Origin: a virus
Lineage: Duplodnaviria; Caudoviricetes
Virus record (IMG/VR): IMGVR_UViG_3300028410_000746
Reading direction: 5' to 3' (one strand)
DNA length: 64,000 nt
How positions within the stretch are numbered: position 1 is the first letter of the stretch; the number at the start of each line of letters is the position of its first letter. The notes beneath the pieces are model-generated. The model had not been told where the DNA came from and made no database searches. It saw only the letters and a program-made list of their open reading frames with translations. The position numbers and the translations under genes are program-made. Below, one piece after another: positions 44,801 through 54,609 of the stretch.

Positions 44801-47800
44801 TCGCTCCTGGGACCAGCCAGACCTTGCGCGGTGATCAGACCGACGACCTCTTCCTGGGTGCGTTTGTCCAGGCGGGCTCAACGAGCTTCACCGTGGCGAG
44901 CGTGCCGACCTATGATGGAACGCAAACCACCTTCGAGGTCGAGCCTTCGCTCCCTCAAGAGGTACGCAATCCGATCACTCTTGTCAGCGGGACGGTGTTT
45001 GACTTCGAGGTACTCCCCACGCTTGCCTTTGATGCCCCCGTGCAGGGCTCGACAACCTTGCGCGTCTTCTCAGACGTGACAGGCCTCCTCAAGGCGCAGC
45101 GGGTGCTCGTGCTCGACTCGGACGCTTACTACGTCACCGACGTCACCTTCGACGGTGGCCAGACTGTCCTCTCCTTGGCGAGCCCGCTCGCGCGCGCATA
45201 CAGCTCTCCCCTGGCGTCTCAGTCCGTGTTTACGGTGTATGGCCCCGGTGCTCAGGTCCTGTTGACCGAGAAGACGGGACTCGACGGAGGCCTCGTTGAG
45301 GTGATCCGCCGCGCCGCAAATGGAGACCTTACGGTAGTAGATCCCTCGACCTACCTGTTTGAGCCTGCGGGTCGTCTCACTCTGGACCCTACCCTGACGG
45401 CTCCGCTGTCTCGGGGAGAGGTGGTCTTCTTGCGGTACACCGCGCTCGATCCGGTAGGCCCCACGACTCTTGGGGGACAGCTCTTCTTGCCTCGCTTCCG
45501 TGGGACCTACACGCAACGGGTCAACGCCTCCGAGACCAATGGCTACCTGGGGTCGAACCTGTACGTGAGCGCGACCTTGCGCGCGCCTGACACCTTCTAC
45601 TTTCGCGTCCTCCCTCTCGCGGAATGGTCCGAGGAGGTCGCTCAAGGCTTGACGACCTCTTCAGGCACGGGCCCCGTGGTCTCTTCGTTCGCGACGACGC
45701 CCCTGTCAGATCAAGGTATCCAGACCCTGGTTGGGGAAGGGGGAGACCTCTACGATACCGACCGCGCCGCGCGTCGCTACCTTTCGTTCTACAATGACCT
45801 CGTGACCGCCTTCGAGAACGTCCAGGAGGTCCTGGATGGTCGAGTGATCGGAGACCGTGACGGCAAGTTCCGCTTCACCGTCCGTGCAGACTCGACCCCT
45901 GGAGGTGAGGACCCGATCACGGGACGCCTGCTTCCCTACTACATCAACCCGGCCAACCCTGGAGTGCGTCCGACGAGCGTTCAGATCGGGGACACGGGAG
46001 ACCTGACCTTGCAGACCGGGCTCGTCCAGAACAACCTCGACGACATCCTGCTCACCTCCAAGCGCCCCTTCTCCCTGAACATCCTCGGGTTCACGATCGA
46101 CTACACAGGCACGTTCAAGCGTGCCTGGGAGCCCTCACGCCTCTCGCGTCTCTACCCCGAAGAGTCCACGGTCCAGACGATCACGGTGCCCCCTCTTGGC
46201 GGAGGCGGCAGCTACACGTTTGGAGACGATGGCGGGCAGATCCTGGCAGACTCGGGCGTCACGGGGGTCCTGGCGATCAAGGGTATCCGTCCGCGCGGGT
46301 CCGCCGCCACGGTTACGAAGGTGACGCCCGGAGATCCGCTCGTGCTGTCTTGCGCGCAGACCTATGACCCGATCACAGGCGACCTCTCCAACGCTCCCTA
46401 TGACCTCACCACAGGTGACCCCTCGCGCGCGCGCCCGCCGTTTGAAGTAGGTAGCCGGGTCGACATAGGCCGGGTCGTCTTTAGCCGAAACGGTGAGGAT
46501 GTCACGAGGACCGAGGTGCTCGTGGCTCGGGACTTGGTGGTCGACTCGGTGACCGCTTCAACTCTTGAGCTGGTCGAGGGTGCAGGCACGGCAATCGGTT
46601 CGGTAAATACACGAGCGGGAGATACGGTGTACGAGGCTACGCCTCTGGACCTCCCCGGAGTCGCAGACTTGGCATCGCTCGACCCGGCCGACATGCCCTT
46701 CTACCGCAACCCACTGGACGTGACCCTGGACGGAGCGACTGGAGAAGTCATTAACCCGACCCTACCCGGATTCTTTGCGACCTTGCTCGGTCAGAAGGTG
46801 CCTCCTCCCGGCACTCTGCTCGATCTGACCGTGAGCTACCAGAATACGAACACGTCTCCTCGTCGTCCTCCCGCTCTTGATGGAGGTGCGGCCAATGACG
46901 ATGGGGACCTCAGCGTCCCGTTCGTCTCTCCAATGCCGGACTCGGAGCTGTCTCGTCTGCCTGCCGAGCTGGCTGCGATCACGACGCTACTCTCCAACAC
47001 GGAGCCCGGCGTCTACGTGTCCGCGGCGACGCGTCTCTCGGCCACGACCCTCTCGACGTCTCTGGACCTCACTGGCCTTGGAGTGGGAGTCCAGGGGTTC
47101 ACCCTCCTTGAAGGTTCTCCTGTGGTCTACTCCTCTTCGGAGGTGCCGGGACCCAACGTCTTGACCCTGGCAGCGTTTGAGTATGAGGACCTGACGGCTC
47201 CCTTTGAGGTGCCTGACCTCTTCGCGGGTTCTGGTACCGTAGCGGGCGCGGTCCTTACCGACGCGGGCACGGACTTCACCGCGTTCTCGGGAGCGACGAT
47301 CACCCTCAATATTGACGGCGGAGCCTCTTACCCGGTGAGCGTGCTCTCCAACGGGTCTCTTACGGCTACGGGCGTGATCGCGGAGACGGGCGCGCAAAGC
47401 TACACGTTGAGTGCGAGCGGGGTAGGCTCCATCTCCACGGACTTGACCACTCTGGAGGCTCCTGGAGTTGACTTCACCTCGGCGTCCGGGCCCTTCACCG
47501 TCGCACGTCCGTTCAATGGCGGCCTCTCTCCCATCACCTTCCTCGTGGGAGAGGGCTCAGACGGATCTCTCGTGCCAGACCTCATCCCTTCAGGCTTCAA
47601 CGGACCGTTGGCAGTGGGTCCACTGGTGCCGGTAGCCTCAGGGACCGCTCAGGTGTCTGTCACAAACGTGCTCAGTACCCTGGACTCCCTGGCATCTGTG
47701 GCTCCAGGAGACACGCTCATCATTGCCTCTTCGTCTCCCAACGCTGGCCGCTACCGGGTGGGTGCAGTAGGCGCGACGACGTTGACCCTGGATGTGGGAG

Positions 47801-48720
47801 CGGACGCGAGCATCTGGAACACCTTCTTCTGGGACAATGAGGGCGGAGGCATCACTTACCCTGTGGACTACACGGTCGTGCGTCCTCGCCGCTACAGCGT
47901 GGAGATGGAAGACTACCGCGAGGAGCTGGCACGTCAGCGGGTGATCTATGAGGACAACGCCAACGCGCCGGCTGACATCATTGGCTTCCTCACGGCGACG
48001 TCTTCCAACCCCGCCACGCCCTTGAAAGAGCGGCTGGACGCTCTTGACGCCCTCCTGTTGCCGGCTCCTTTCCTTACGCTTACCGGCGTGGCGGAGACGG
48101 GCGCGCAGACCTTGACCGGTGGCGTGGACTTCGTGGTGGAGGGGGTGGAGACGGGAGACCTCGTGCGCGTGGACGCGGGTATCAATCGAGGCTTCTACTT
48201 CGTCACTGGAGTCTCCAGCGCAGCGATCACCCTGGACGGCTCGAACCCTTACGTCACCTACACGCTGAGCAACGACGGCGCTACGGACTACACGGTCACC
48301 AAGGCGGAGGGGTTCCAGGACCTCACGTACCAGCTCGTGCTCTCGGAGATCTACGGACTTGACCAACGCATCGAGCGTCTGGACGCGGGTATCCGAGGGG
48401 TCGACACGGACACGGACGACCTTCTGGGAGTGCTTCCGTACGGTAGCCTGACAGGAGACTACACCGACGACACCCTCACGGCCCACCAGACGCAAGCTCA
48501 GGCGAGGTTGGACCGTCTACAGGTGGTTCCCACGCTTGCTCAGGACATCGAAGGCATCTTGAAGGGGTCTGAGGCCCTGTATGATACGCGGTATGCCTGG
48601 GTAGACTATCGCGCGAACCTTGAAACAGGTACCCTGCCAAGAATCCGTCGATACCTTGCTACGGTAGACAAAGAGAAGGAGCGACGCTTGAGGGAACTCA
48701 CTCGCGCCGGTTCAACTTGA
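41887..48720 (+). CDS. Large baseplate wedge / tail structural protein
   Basis: 2277-aa beta-rich, acidic ORF in the tail module. Segments DTFYFR, DGRVIGDRDGKFRF and YDxRYAWVDYRANLETGTL; assignment is mostly positional and compositional. Confidence 0.6.
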   Translation: MTGDFNGWVLRKPRVAASNANTTAEPDVVVREQDEAAYRASYLDNVSATGSEYLVRTAQTGDLVVPSSITEIASPFDGSLPTALVFTFNTQGRAVAAPVLPADVTPLPDSVDTSAGLITYLVAPGVAPTVTFVPAPLSVEYTRNDSGRTRFGYDARVSRWETLPGGSPESLGLVPETGLLTLPLVEADAAGAPAPPRVLLGNPDRLLGTLVDVTQLLGEDAFADYRDGILDPASGEGALNVETGELRLAPSLTVGFEAQEAFFTRRNFFAFDASTGRVGIIGEDLLLNPLPLVGEEPLLRVGYGSYLNASVGAGSPVGSEQARVDPLTGRVNLSAALEAQSEGLALYYDGVLTGTATPQAPTVLGDLLSNQSGLSNVDLLEYEPEALVLYIEQTGEAVRELEFVADPSDFTEARNLPPTKAQVARSDGSVRLSQRFVSANLSRDLVAGSTDLTLERGLTFRMGRSPLDPTNAAGLPDGQGVLRLEDELLGPVRSGPSAFLTQVPLVDVAGYAADTFYRLGSGAQRRVLVPDEEVIYDFDTRQLLWAQRRTTSQTISQRTFSVRVPDQVLLNRNYSFELNRGSGFEALEDGVNASVDFDIGEIRFTQTQGEVLIEDVATVAGQEFTFLTEDLSGVVISLVDLDRPLLRTGLNAYTITGIAGSVVTVEGDVQESGSVAVEIISAPEPVYAYALAQVNLNPDIVAAFLVREVDSSGTVYAPGTTGEVYAVSGGVRRDVVRLASTVLGEAQDALTLPAFAQGAEAVFEIYLGSDLLVEVGGTPNQGEYRIMGVDLVLSSADVLANPKELVTLDPSLSTARATGDVELLVATRELGFPLDLAVVDLYVQVEARIQDRLLYFSQPFAAGDRLRARYRTADEVEVEEEVGFRVVEDAVIVSATEATYGAGRLLDPNRAPIILVNGARTDLPVDPVAGTINTSSVRTGRTISVSYAALDAKGGEQTASLLQTPVSPDVVFAPGTSQTLRGDQTDDLFLGAFVQAGSTSFTVASVPTYDGTQTTFEVEPSLPQEVRNPITLVSGTVFDFEVLPTLAFDAPVQGSTTLRVFSDVTGLLKAQRVLVLDSDAYYVTDVTFDGGQTVLSLASPLARAYSSPLASQSVFTVYGPGAQVLLTEKTGLDGGLVEVIRRAANGDLTVVDPSTYLFEPAGRLTLDPTLTAPLSRGEVVFLRYTALDPVGPTTLGGQLFLPRFRGTYTQRVNASETNGYLGSNLYVSATLRAPDTFYFRVLPLAEWSEEVAQGLTTSSGTGPVVSSFATTPLSDQGIQTLVGEGGDLYDTDRAARRYLSFYNDLVTAFENVQEVLDGRVIGDRDGKFRFTVRADSTPGGEDPITGRLLPYYINPANPGVRPTSVQIGDTGDLTLQTGLVQNNLDDILLTSKRPFSLNILGFTIDYTGTFKRAWEPSRLSRLYPEESTVQTITVPPLGGGGSYTFGDDGGQILADSGVTGVLAIKGIRPRGSAATVTKVTPGDPLVLSCAQTYDPITGDLSNAPYDLTTGDPSRARPPFEVGSRVDIGRVVFSRNGEDVTRTEVLVARDLVVDSVTASTLELVEGAGTAIGSVNTRAGDTVYEATPLDLPGVADLASLDPADMPFYRNPLDVTLDGATGEVINPTLPGFFATLLGQKVPPPGTLLDLTVSYQNTNTSPRRPPALDGGAANDDGDLSVPFVSPMPDSELSRLPAELAAITTLLSNTEPGVYVSAATRLSATTLSTSLDLTGLGVGVQGFTLLEGSPVVYSSSEVPGPNVLTLAAFEYEDLTAPFEVPDLFAGSGTVAGAVLTDAGTDFTAFSGATITLNIDGGASYPVSVLSNGSLTATGVIAETGAQSYTLSASGVGSISTDLTTLEAPGVDFTSASGPFTVARPFNGGLSPITFLVGEGSDGSLVPDLIPSGFNGPLAVGPLVPVASGTAQVSVTNVLSTLDSLASVAPGDTLIIASSSPNAGRYRVGAVGATTLTLDVGADASIWNTFFWDNEGGGITYPVDYTVVRPRRYSVEMEDYREELARQRVIYEDNANAPADIIGFLTATSSNPATPLKERLDALDALLLPAPFLTLTGVAETGAQTLTGGVDFVVEGVETGDLVRVDAGINRGFYFVTGVSSAAITLDGSNPYVTYTLSNDGATDYTVTKAEGFQDLTYQLVLSEIYGLDQRIERLDAGIRGVDTDTDDLLGVLPYGSLTGDYTDDTLTAHQTQAQARLDRLQVVPTLAQDIEGILKGSEALYDTRYAWVDYRANLETGTLPRIRRYLATVDKEKERRLRELTRAGST

Positions 48721-48858
48721 ATCCAAAGGTAGTTCTGATGGAAGATAGGCGCACCTGGGTAAGCCAGGACATCAAGCGATCACAGACCCTACGTGATCGC
48801 CTCAAGGAGATCCGGGAAGGCCTCTCGGATCTCAGGGACCAGCTAAGGCGAACACCTG

Positions 48859-49092
48859 ATGATCGACATGACACTGGAGATGGGGCCGACGCCTCTACGG
48901 CAAGACCCCTGGAATGATTATTACGAGCGCCTCGGTGAGCTGGCCTGCAAGCTCGACCTGGACGAAGATGAGGAGGGGGAGTACCGCACCCTCTCAGCGC
49001 TTCTGAAGGTACACATGGAGCTGATGGCCGAGAGCGCGGTCCCGGAGACTGGATCAGTCGAAGCCCTGAAGGGCCGGTACGGAGTGTCTTGA
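48859..49092 (+). CDS. Small acidic hypothetical protein
   Basis: 77-aa ORF abutting the next start. Confidence 0.5.
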   Translation: MIDMTLEMGPTPLRQDPWNDYYERLGELACKLDLDEDEEGEYRTLSALLKVHMELMAESAVPETGSVEALKGRYGVS

Positions 49093-51324
49093 ATGGCAGA
49101 TTGGCAGAATCTGGAGGTAGACCTCTCGGGGGTACAGGCGGGGGTTGATGGTACACAGGCGGTCTCGGACGCGGTGAGTGCCGTGGGGCAGATTGCGTCG
49201 GCTTTGCTTGGCCTGTTGCGGACCTTCACCGTCCCTTCCTTGCCCAATCCCATCGCCGGCGCAACCATGTTGCTGATCGCACAGCTTGAGGACCTCCTGG
49301 AGAGCCTGGGAGATACCGGAGCGTTTGGGCTCTTCCTGTTGCCCACGACTCTGGACGACCTCGCAGACAGCGCTGGTGGGTACGCACGCTTCGAGCAGCG
49401 CGTGGTAGCGTCCTTCTACGACACGGCGGACGCCGAGCGTCCTCAGGTGGGCCAAGCAGGTACGCTGGGCGGGCTAGTGATCTACGTCAACGCTCCCAGT
49501 CCGGCCGGCATCATCGAGAAGGCCTTGGCCCTGGCGAGGCTCTTTGGCCAGCGTCCGGAGGTGTCTTACCCCTCCCCCATAAGCCTTCGAGCTACCCCCG
49601 CGTCAGACCTCGGCGTGGCCATCCCCGGCGTGATCGACATCTACACGCAAGGCATCGACCCGCCCACCACGATCCTGCTGGAGTGGGAGGAGCCCAAGAG
49701 CACGCAGAACATCTTCTTCGACCTATTCGCGGCCAACAAGTTCTACATCGAACGCTCCCGATCACGGGAAGGCAAGCGCCTCACCGTGACTCAACCCTCT
49801 ACCATTCAGATCGACCCTCTCGCGCGTCGCCGTAACGCGCCACCGGAGTATCGCGAGCCCGTGCTCGATGAGAAAGGCGCCGTGACGACCGTGTGGGAGC
49901 CCCTCGACCCCTCCAACCCGTTCCTCGACGCAGACGACGCAGACGAGGGAGAAGGCCGCCTCGGAGCCAACTTCCTCGCGGGAACCTACTCGACCGTCTT
50001 GCGCGGCCTCACTCCGGGACAGGATGAGGGGTATTACTACCGTATCCGGAGTGTCCCCGAGAACACCGTGTTGGCGAGCCGACCGGTCGAGACGACTGAT
50101 GCCGGGGGCGTGACCGCACAAGAGATCGCGTATGAGTTGAAGCTGGACGGCAAGCCTTATCAGGGCTCTCCCCCCTCGTCTCCCGTCTATGGATTCATCC
50201 CGGAGATCCCCAAACAGACGGGGGGCGCAGCGTTCGACCTCCCCACGGCCCTGCTCAACGTCTACCGCGCCGCGTACCTGCTACGCTTTGACACCACGGT
50301 CTTTGACGACAGCTCTCAGCCCTTGACGGGCTCGGGTATCCTCAACCCGATCACGCCACAGACGATCCTTGACCTCCCCCCGGACGACTTCGACTTTGAC
50401 GGTACGGGCTCAGTCTCGGCGGCGTTCGAGTCGCAGTCTCCAGGTGGCTTTCGATCCACCGAAGACGGCGTGCGGTACTTCTCGGGTGAGTTCTTTCCGG
50501 AGGTGTTCTTTGAGCAGGGACCTCCAGGCTACGCAGACTCGAAGCGGAACGTGGCAACGCTGGGGGCGATCACGTCGTCGTCAGCTCTGGAAGATGACCC
50601 GTTCGCAGGAGCGCGTGAGCTGTTTGCGGCCAAGCTCGGCCTTACCGTTCGGGAGCGGTATCGCCTGTATGTGGACGAGGTGGCCACAGATAAGATCGAA
50701 CGGATACTACCCCTCATCGCACGCAACGAGACGCTCCTGGGGGCTATACGGACATCCTACGTTGGATTCGAGGCGGACCTTCTGGAACTCCTCACGGGAT
50801 TCACGACAGACTTCACGCTGATCGAGCGTGAGGACCTGCGAATCGCCGTGGCGAGCCTGATGGTCCTCTTTGATGGGCAGATTCGCCCCGGTCAGCCTCC
50901 CAACTGGAGATCTGTCCGGCTCTTCAAGGACGTTCTGCCTGAGGTTGATCGCGTGGGCGCGGAGCTTCTGGCTGCCATACAGAGCATCGAGCTGGCGACC
51001 GCCGACGTGAGCACACGCCTTGACGCGACAGTGGAGGGCTTGCAGAACCGTTTGGCCGCGCTCGACGCGGTAGTAGACGCCCTTGATGAGATCATTTCGT
51101 TCCTGGATGCGGTCTCCGGGACGGCGCTCACGGCTTCGATCCTATTCATCCCGCCTCAGACTGGAGGCGCTCCTGCGTTCGTGAACGAGGTCCTCGCGGC
51201 ACAGGACAAGCCCACGAGCGAGCCCACCGACTACGGCGGAGGTTTCGTGCTCGCAGCCGGAGGGGCGGGTCCTGGGGACGGCGCCGCGCTCTTTGATGCG
51301 CTACGGTTCGTCTTCGGCTTCTAG
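49093..51324 (+). CDS. Probable baseplate/tail structural protein
   Basis: 743 aa, follows the wedge-like gene; GGAG RBS. Confidence 0.55.
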   Translation: MADWQNLEVDLSGVQAGVDGTQAVSDAVSAVGQIASALLGLLRTFTVPSLPNPIAGATMLLIAQLEDLLESLGDTGAFGLFLLPTTLDDLADSAGGYARFEQRVVASFYDTADAERPQVGQAGTLGGLVIYVNAPSPAGIIEKALALARLFGQRPEVSYPSPISLRATPASDLGVAIPGVIDIYTQGIDPPTTILLEWEEPKSTQNIFFDLFAANKFYIERSRSREGKRLTVTQPSTIQIDPLARRRNAPPEYREPVLDEKGAVTTVWEPLDPSNPFLDADDADEGEGRLGANFLAGTYSTVLRGLTPGQDEGYYYRIRSVPENTVLASRPVETTDAGGVTAQEIAYELKLDGKPYQGSPPSSPVYGFIPEIPKQTGGAAFDLPTALLNVYRAAYLLRFDTTVFDDSSQPLTGSGILNPITPQTILDLPPDDFDFDGTGSVSAAFESQSPGGFRSTEDGVRYFSGEFFPEVFFEQGPPGYADSKRNVATLGAITSSSALEDDPFAGARELFAAKLGLTVRERYRLYVDEVATDKIERILPLIARNETLLGAIRTSYVGFEADLLELLTGFTTDFTLIEREDLRIAVASLMVLFDGQIRPGQPPNWRSVRLFKDVLPEVDRVGAELLAAIQSIELATADVSTRLDATVEGLQNRLAALDAVVDALDEIISFLDAVSGTALTASILFIPPQTGGAPAFVNEVLAAQDKPTSEPTDYGGGFVLAAGGAGPGDGAALFDALRFVFGF

Positions 51325-51663
51325 TTTCGGCGTTGGGAAGATGAGAGCGTCTTTCAGGATCTCCTGGATCTCCCGATCGCACCGTCGTATCCGAATCTCC
51401 AGCTCTCGGAACTGTATCATGAGCTGCCAGAACTCCGAGAGGTTGCGGTCCTTCACGGCAACAGGCATCCCCGACAGTCGAATCTTCAGGTGTTCCGTGC
51501 CTCGCTCGACGAGCAGGCAAGGGGTAAATCTAACAACCTCGGCGCCCCAAACAATGTAACTTTTGCGGGTGTTTATGACCCGGACGCCATATGGCGTCAG
51601 GTTCAGGGTGACGCCTTCCCCCAGAAGGTCCTGGAGGCGTCTGAGGGTTTCCGTGTCGCTCAT
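51301..51663 (-). CDS. Hypothetical protein
   Basis: GGAG RBS before ATG at 51663 (MSDTETLRRL...). Confidence 0.6.
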   Translation of the reverse strand: MSDTETLRRLQDLLGEGVTLNLTPYGVRVINTRKSYIVWGAEVVRFTPCLLVERGTEHLKIRLSGMPVAVKDRNLSEFWQLMIQFRELEIRIRRCDREIQEILKDALIFPTPKLEAEDEP

Positions 51664-51917
51664 GACTCCGGGAGGTTGTCCAGCTCCTCCTGGAGCAGGT
51701 CTCGCGCCCACTGCGGCACCGTCTTGCGGTACGAGTCACCACCCGTAAGCAGGGTCAGCGTGAGGGCGTCTCCCGAAGGCGCCTCACCCTTGCGCACTCC
51801 CCAGAAGAGGGCGCTGTAGGCATCGCCACCGGGAGCGCACGCGGTGGGTGCGCCCTTGGCGAGCTTTCGGAGCGCGACGCGGTGTGCTTCAGGGTTCGAG
51901 CTGGCATGAAATCCCAT
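51660..51917 (-). CDS. Hypothetical protein
   Basis: 85 aa; GAGG RBS; ATGA overlap with the next gene. Confidence 0.55.
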   Translation of the reverse strand: MGFHASSNPEAHRVALRKLAKGAPTACAPGGDAYSALFWGVRKGEAPSGDALTLTLLTGGDSYRKTVPQWARDLLQEELDNLPES

Positions 51918-52044
51918 GATGTGTTCCTCTTAGCGTTGTGTGTATGTAGGAGAGTCTACGCGTTACGTGGGGCGGACACTTAGCGCTGGACCACGTGCCA
52001 GACCCGTGGGCGCGTCTGCTTGTGACTGTAGGTGTTTGTCGAGG

Positions 52045-52182
52045 TCAGTGAGGACAGGCGGCCCCCAGGGTGCGACACCACTTACCGCTCAAGAGCTTGA
52101 CGAAGTGGAATTTCTTGGCCCAGCTCTCGTGGTAGTCCAGGCGGGTGGTGCTGCGCGCGTGGTTGAGCGTGTTGAACGTCAT
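52045..52182 (-). CDS. Small hypothetical protein (45 aa)
   Basis: Hand-translated MTFNTLNHARSTTRLDYHESWAKKF...; GGAG RBS. Confidence 0.5.
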   Translation of the reverse strand: MTFNTLNHARSTTRLDYHESWAKKFHFVKLLSGKWCRTLGAACPH

Positions 52183-52224
52183 GGTCTTGTCTCCGTGTCT
52201 GAATGTTCGTGGTGCGGGAAGCTC

Positions 52225-52491
52225 TCAGCGGTAGCGGATGAAGTTCTCCGCCTCTTCGTGGAAGGACTGCCAGCGCTCCTCCATATGCTCCTCTTCCAGC
52301 TCTTTATCGCAGTGGCGGCAGTGGTCTCGCCACTCCTGGAGACAGTGCACCGAGTCTTCCGGGCTCAAGCCCTTGACCGACTCAAGGATCTCTTCCTTGC
52401 TCTTGGGTGCCTCGTCCGGGTCGAAGCTGTTGAGCAGCTCAAGGGCGAGCTGCTTGAACTGGAAGCGAAGCTCCTGAATCGAGTTGTCCAT
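52225..52491 (-). CDS. Hypothetical protein (88 aa)
   Basis: CAGGAG RBS and promoter at 52561-52533. Confidence 0.65.
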   Translation of the reverse strand: MDNSIQELRFQFKQLALELLNSFDPDEAPKSKEEILESVKGLSPEDSVHCLQEWRDHCRHCDKELEEEHMEERWQSFHEEAENFIRYR

Positions 52492-52532
52492 GTCGTCGTC
52501 TCCTGCGGTGTGTCGTTTCGTCTTACACACCC

Positions 52533-52561
52533 TATATACCACAAGGAGGGGGGGTCGTAAA
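52533..52561 (-). promoter_or_regulatory. Sigma70-like promoter TTTACG-N17-TATATA
   Basis: Near-copy of the 28.5-kb promoter and UTR. Confidence 0.75.
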
Positions 52562-52563
52562 AA

Positions 52564-53269
52564 CTATTCGACAGGTTCCACGCGACGGCGGTACTGGACT
52601 CCTCGGCGGTACTTCCCCCTTAAAGCCTTCAAGGGTGTGAGATCTTGGATGTGGTTGTAATCCAGGGATATCCATCCCGCCTTCACCATGCTTGCGAGAG
52701 GCTCCACGTCGTCGATGTGGTTCCCCCCAAGGTCGAGTTCCACCATCTCTACCATTCCCGCAAGGGGCGATACGTCCTCTATTTTATTGTCCGAGAGCGT
52801 CAGGTATTCAAGCTTGGTCAGCCCTGTGATCGGGCGGGAGATCTTCGATGGCATTTCTGTCCAGGGACGGATGCAGCATTCCGACCATCTGCGCGATAGG
52901 GGTGAGGTCTTTGATGTTCAGCTCCATCGCCTCCAACTCGACGACGTTCGTGAGGCCATGCAGCCGCGCGAAGTCCTCGGCTTCGTAGAGCGCCAAATCT
53001 GTTGTGATCTTGGGGCACAGCTCCTGGAGTTCAAAGGCGCGCTCGACCTTGCTGTGACATAAAACGGGTCTGGAGACCTTGAAGTCGAGTCCCATGACGT
53101 AGGGGAGCACCTGATCCGCGTAACGCGTCGGGTCCTCTTCCCTCATGCGGTACAGGATGTGGTACAAGTGCGGTGCCTCCACCGGGTTCCCGGAGTGCAG
53201 GAGGCTACGGAGGTCGTGAAAAGCTTCGGCTTGCAGGGTTCGTCTCGCGTCAGGTGTGTGTGGCGGCAA
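52564..53269 (-). pseudogene. Leucine-rich repeat (internalin-like) gene split by a 1-nt frameshift
   Basis: Upstream frame ends ...LDRNAIEDL and the other frame continues PITGLTKLEYLTLSDNKIEDVSPL... Removing one C from CTCCCG (about 52835-52840) joins them. The start (TTG at about 53269) is uncertain. Confidence 0.7.
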
Positions 53270-53648
53270 GATGAGCAAGGAAGGCTTCCACCTTGAACGG
53301 TGTGAACGTTCCGGGACCGTCCCAGTCGTCCTCAACATGTAGGTCCAAGTGCGGGCGGCCTTTGCATCGGAACGAGTAGCCCTTGTGTCCTGAGTTCGTG
53401 CGCTCAATCTCAAGACGCCAGCCCTCCTCTAGCCAGACAGCGATGGCGCCGCCCTCCAAAGATAGTGTCAGCACGTAGGGGTCACCCAGATGTGCTTGGA
53501 AGGCGTCCACGTCGCAAAAGAAGGCATCGAGGGCATCCGAAGAGGGCTCGGGCCAGTCTTCCTCATCCTCCCACCGATAGCTCAAGATCGTCATGAGGTC
53601 GGACGTGGTGTCCTGCGCTCGTGTTTTATCCCAAAAATCCCAAAACAC
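53250..53648 (-). CDS. Hypothetical protein
   Basis: GTG start with AAGGAGAG RBS; promoter at 53707-53678. Confidence 0.6.
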   Translation of the reverse strand: MFWDFWDKTRAQDTTSDLMTILSYRWEDEEDWPEPSSDALDAFFCDVDAFQAHLGDPYVLTLSLEGGAIAVWLEEGWRLEIERTNSGHKGYSFRCKGRPHLDLHVEDDWDGPGTFTPFKVEAFLAHLAATHT

Positions 53649-53677
53649 ACGCTCTCCTTGGGTAGTGTAAGGTGGCG

Positions 53678-53707
53678 AGCGTACCTTGAGATGTGGGAAC
53701 CTGTCAA
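53678..53707 (-). promoter_or_regulatory. Sigma70-like promoter TTGACA-N18-TACGCT
   Basis: -35 at 53707-53702 and -10 at 53683-53678. Confidence 0.6.
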
Positions 53708-53898
53708 GCGGGGTCTACGGGCTGGTCGCACACATCACACTTCTCGGTGTTGTGGGGGCCGGTATCTCCCCACACCACGTTCCCGTGGTTGACGGCACAT
53801 GCCATACAGCGGAGGTACCCCAGGTTGTCAACGACGCCGACGGCGCCTTGTTTGTAGAGCTTCTCCCGGTCTTCCTTCTCAATGCGCTTTGCGTTCAT
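53704..53898 (-). CDS. Small zinc-finger-like protein (64 aa)
   Basis: CMAC...CDVC motifs; GAGGAG RBS. Confidence 0.65.
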   Translation of the reverse strand: MNAKRIEKEDREKLYKQGAVGVVDNLGYLRCMACAVNHGNVVWGDTGPHNTEKCDVCDQPVDPA

Positions 53899-53938
53899 GG
53901 CTCGTCTCCTCTCGTGGCGTGTTGTTCCTTACACACAT

Positions 53939-53967
53939 CATATACCATAGGAAGCCTGGAGCGTAAA
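53939..53967 (-). promoter_or_regulatory. Sigma70-like promoter TTTACG-N17-TATATG
   Basis: -35 at 53967-53962 and -10 at 53944-53939. Confidence 0.7.
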
Positions 53968-54034
53968 AACTATCTCAGTCTTCGAGGCTTCGAATGCCCA
54001 CGGTCTGGTAGGTCTCAAAGCCCACAACCTCTTC

Positions 54035-54490
54035 TGGGACATCCCCGCGTGCGCGGGGAACACGCTCCCCTTCGATACAGAGATCTTCTTTCTACCGGGA
54101 CATCCCCGCGCACGCGGGGAACACGGGTAGAACAAGAAGATGTATGAGAGGGGATCCGGGACATCCCCGCGCACGCGGGGAACACCGGACGAGCATGGGG
54201 AGACGTATTCGCCCTACCGGGACATCCCCGCGCACGCGGGGAACACTTGAAGCTGGAAGGATGCACGAGATGTGCGTGCGGGACATCCCCGCGCACGCGG
54301 GGAACACACAGGTGTGATCACAAGAGCATGTCGCCTCATCGGGACATCCCCGCGCACGCGGGGAACACGTCAAAGCTGGTCACCTTTGGAGCGTGAACGG
54401 CGGGACATCCCCGCGCACGCGGGGAACACCATGACACCGACACACCCGCACTTGGTGCATCCGGGACATCCCCGCGCACGCGGGGAACAC
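54035..54490 (-). CRISPR. Type I-E CRISPR array 2: 8 repeats and 7 spacers of 32 nt
   Basis: Repeat GTGTTCCCCGCGTGCGCGGGGATGTCCCG (minus strand) with a 61-nt period; plus-strand starts at 54096, 54157, 54218, 54279, 54340, 54401 and 54462. Terminal variant at 54035-54063. Confidence 0.98.
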
Positions 54491-54600
54491 TCTTCAAATG
54501 TTCAAGCCTTCGGAAGTGTACCTAACCCCCTGTATTCGCTCAGGAATTCTGTTGGCATGGGGTACACCGTTTTACTTTACCAAATCGTACCCTGCGGTAC
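54491..54600 (-). promoter_or_regulatory. CRISPR array 2 leader
   Basis: AT-richer segment between the cas8e-cas11 stop and the first repeat, ending ...TTGAAGA|GTGTT. Candidate TTGTAC-N17-TAAAGT promoter. Confidence 0.8.
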
Positions 54601-54609
54601 AAGCCTGAA

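Noticed and set aside
45592-45601. 10-nt match (ACCTTCTACT) to the sequence following the solitary repeat
   Set aside because: A 10-mer match in 64 kb on two strands is plausibly chance, and it lies mid-gene rather than at a promoter.
5480-48740. Putative late-promoter motif (TAATC..TTT.T, TAGTTCT.AT) upstream of some structural genes
   Set aside because: Instances (about 5484, 12925, 15800, 48729) are too variable to support by eye; needs MEME on all structural-gene upstream regions.
6993-51324. Interpretation as a bacterial extracellular contractile injection system rather than a phage
   Set aside because: The long tape measure, dispersed layout with many small promoter-driven accessory genes and phage-type head-associated domains fit a large phage better. 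Capsid and terminase are not in the window, so this is not formally excluded.
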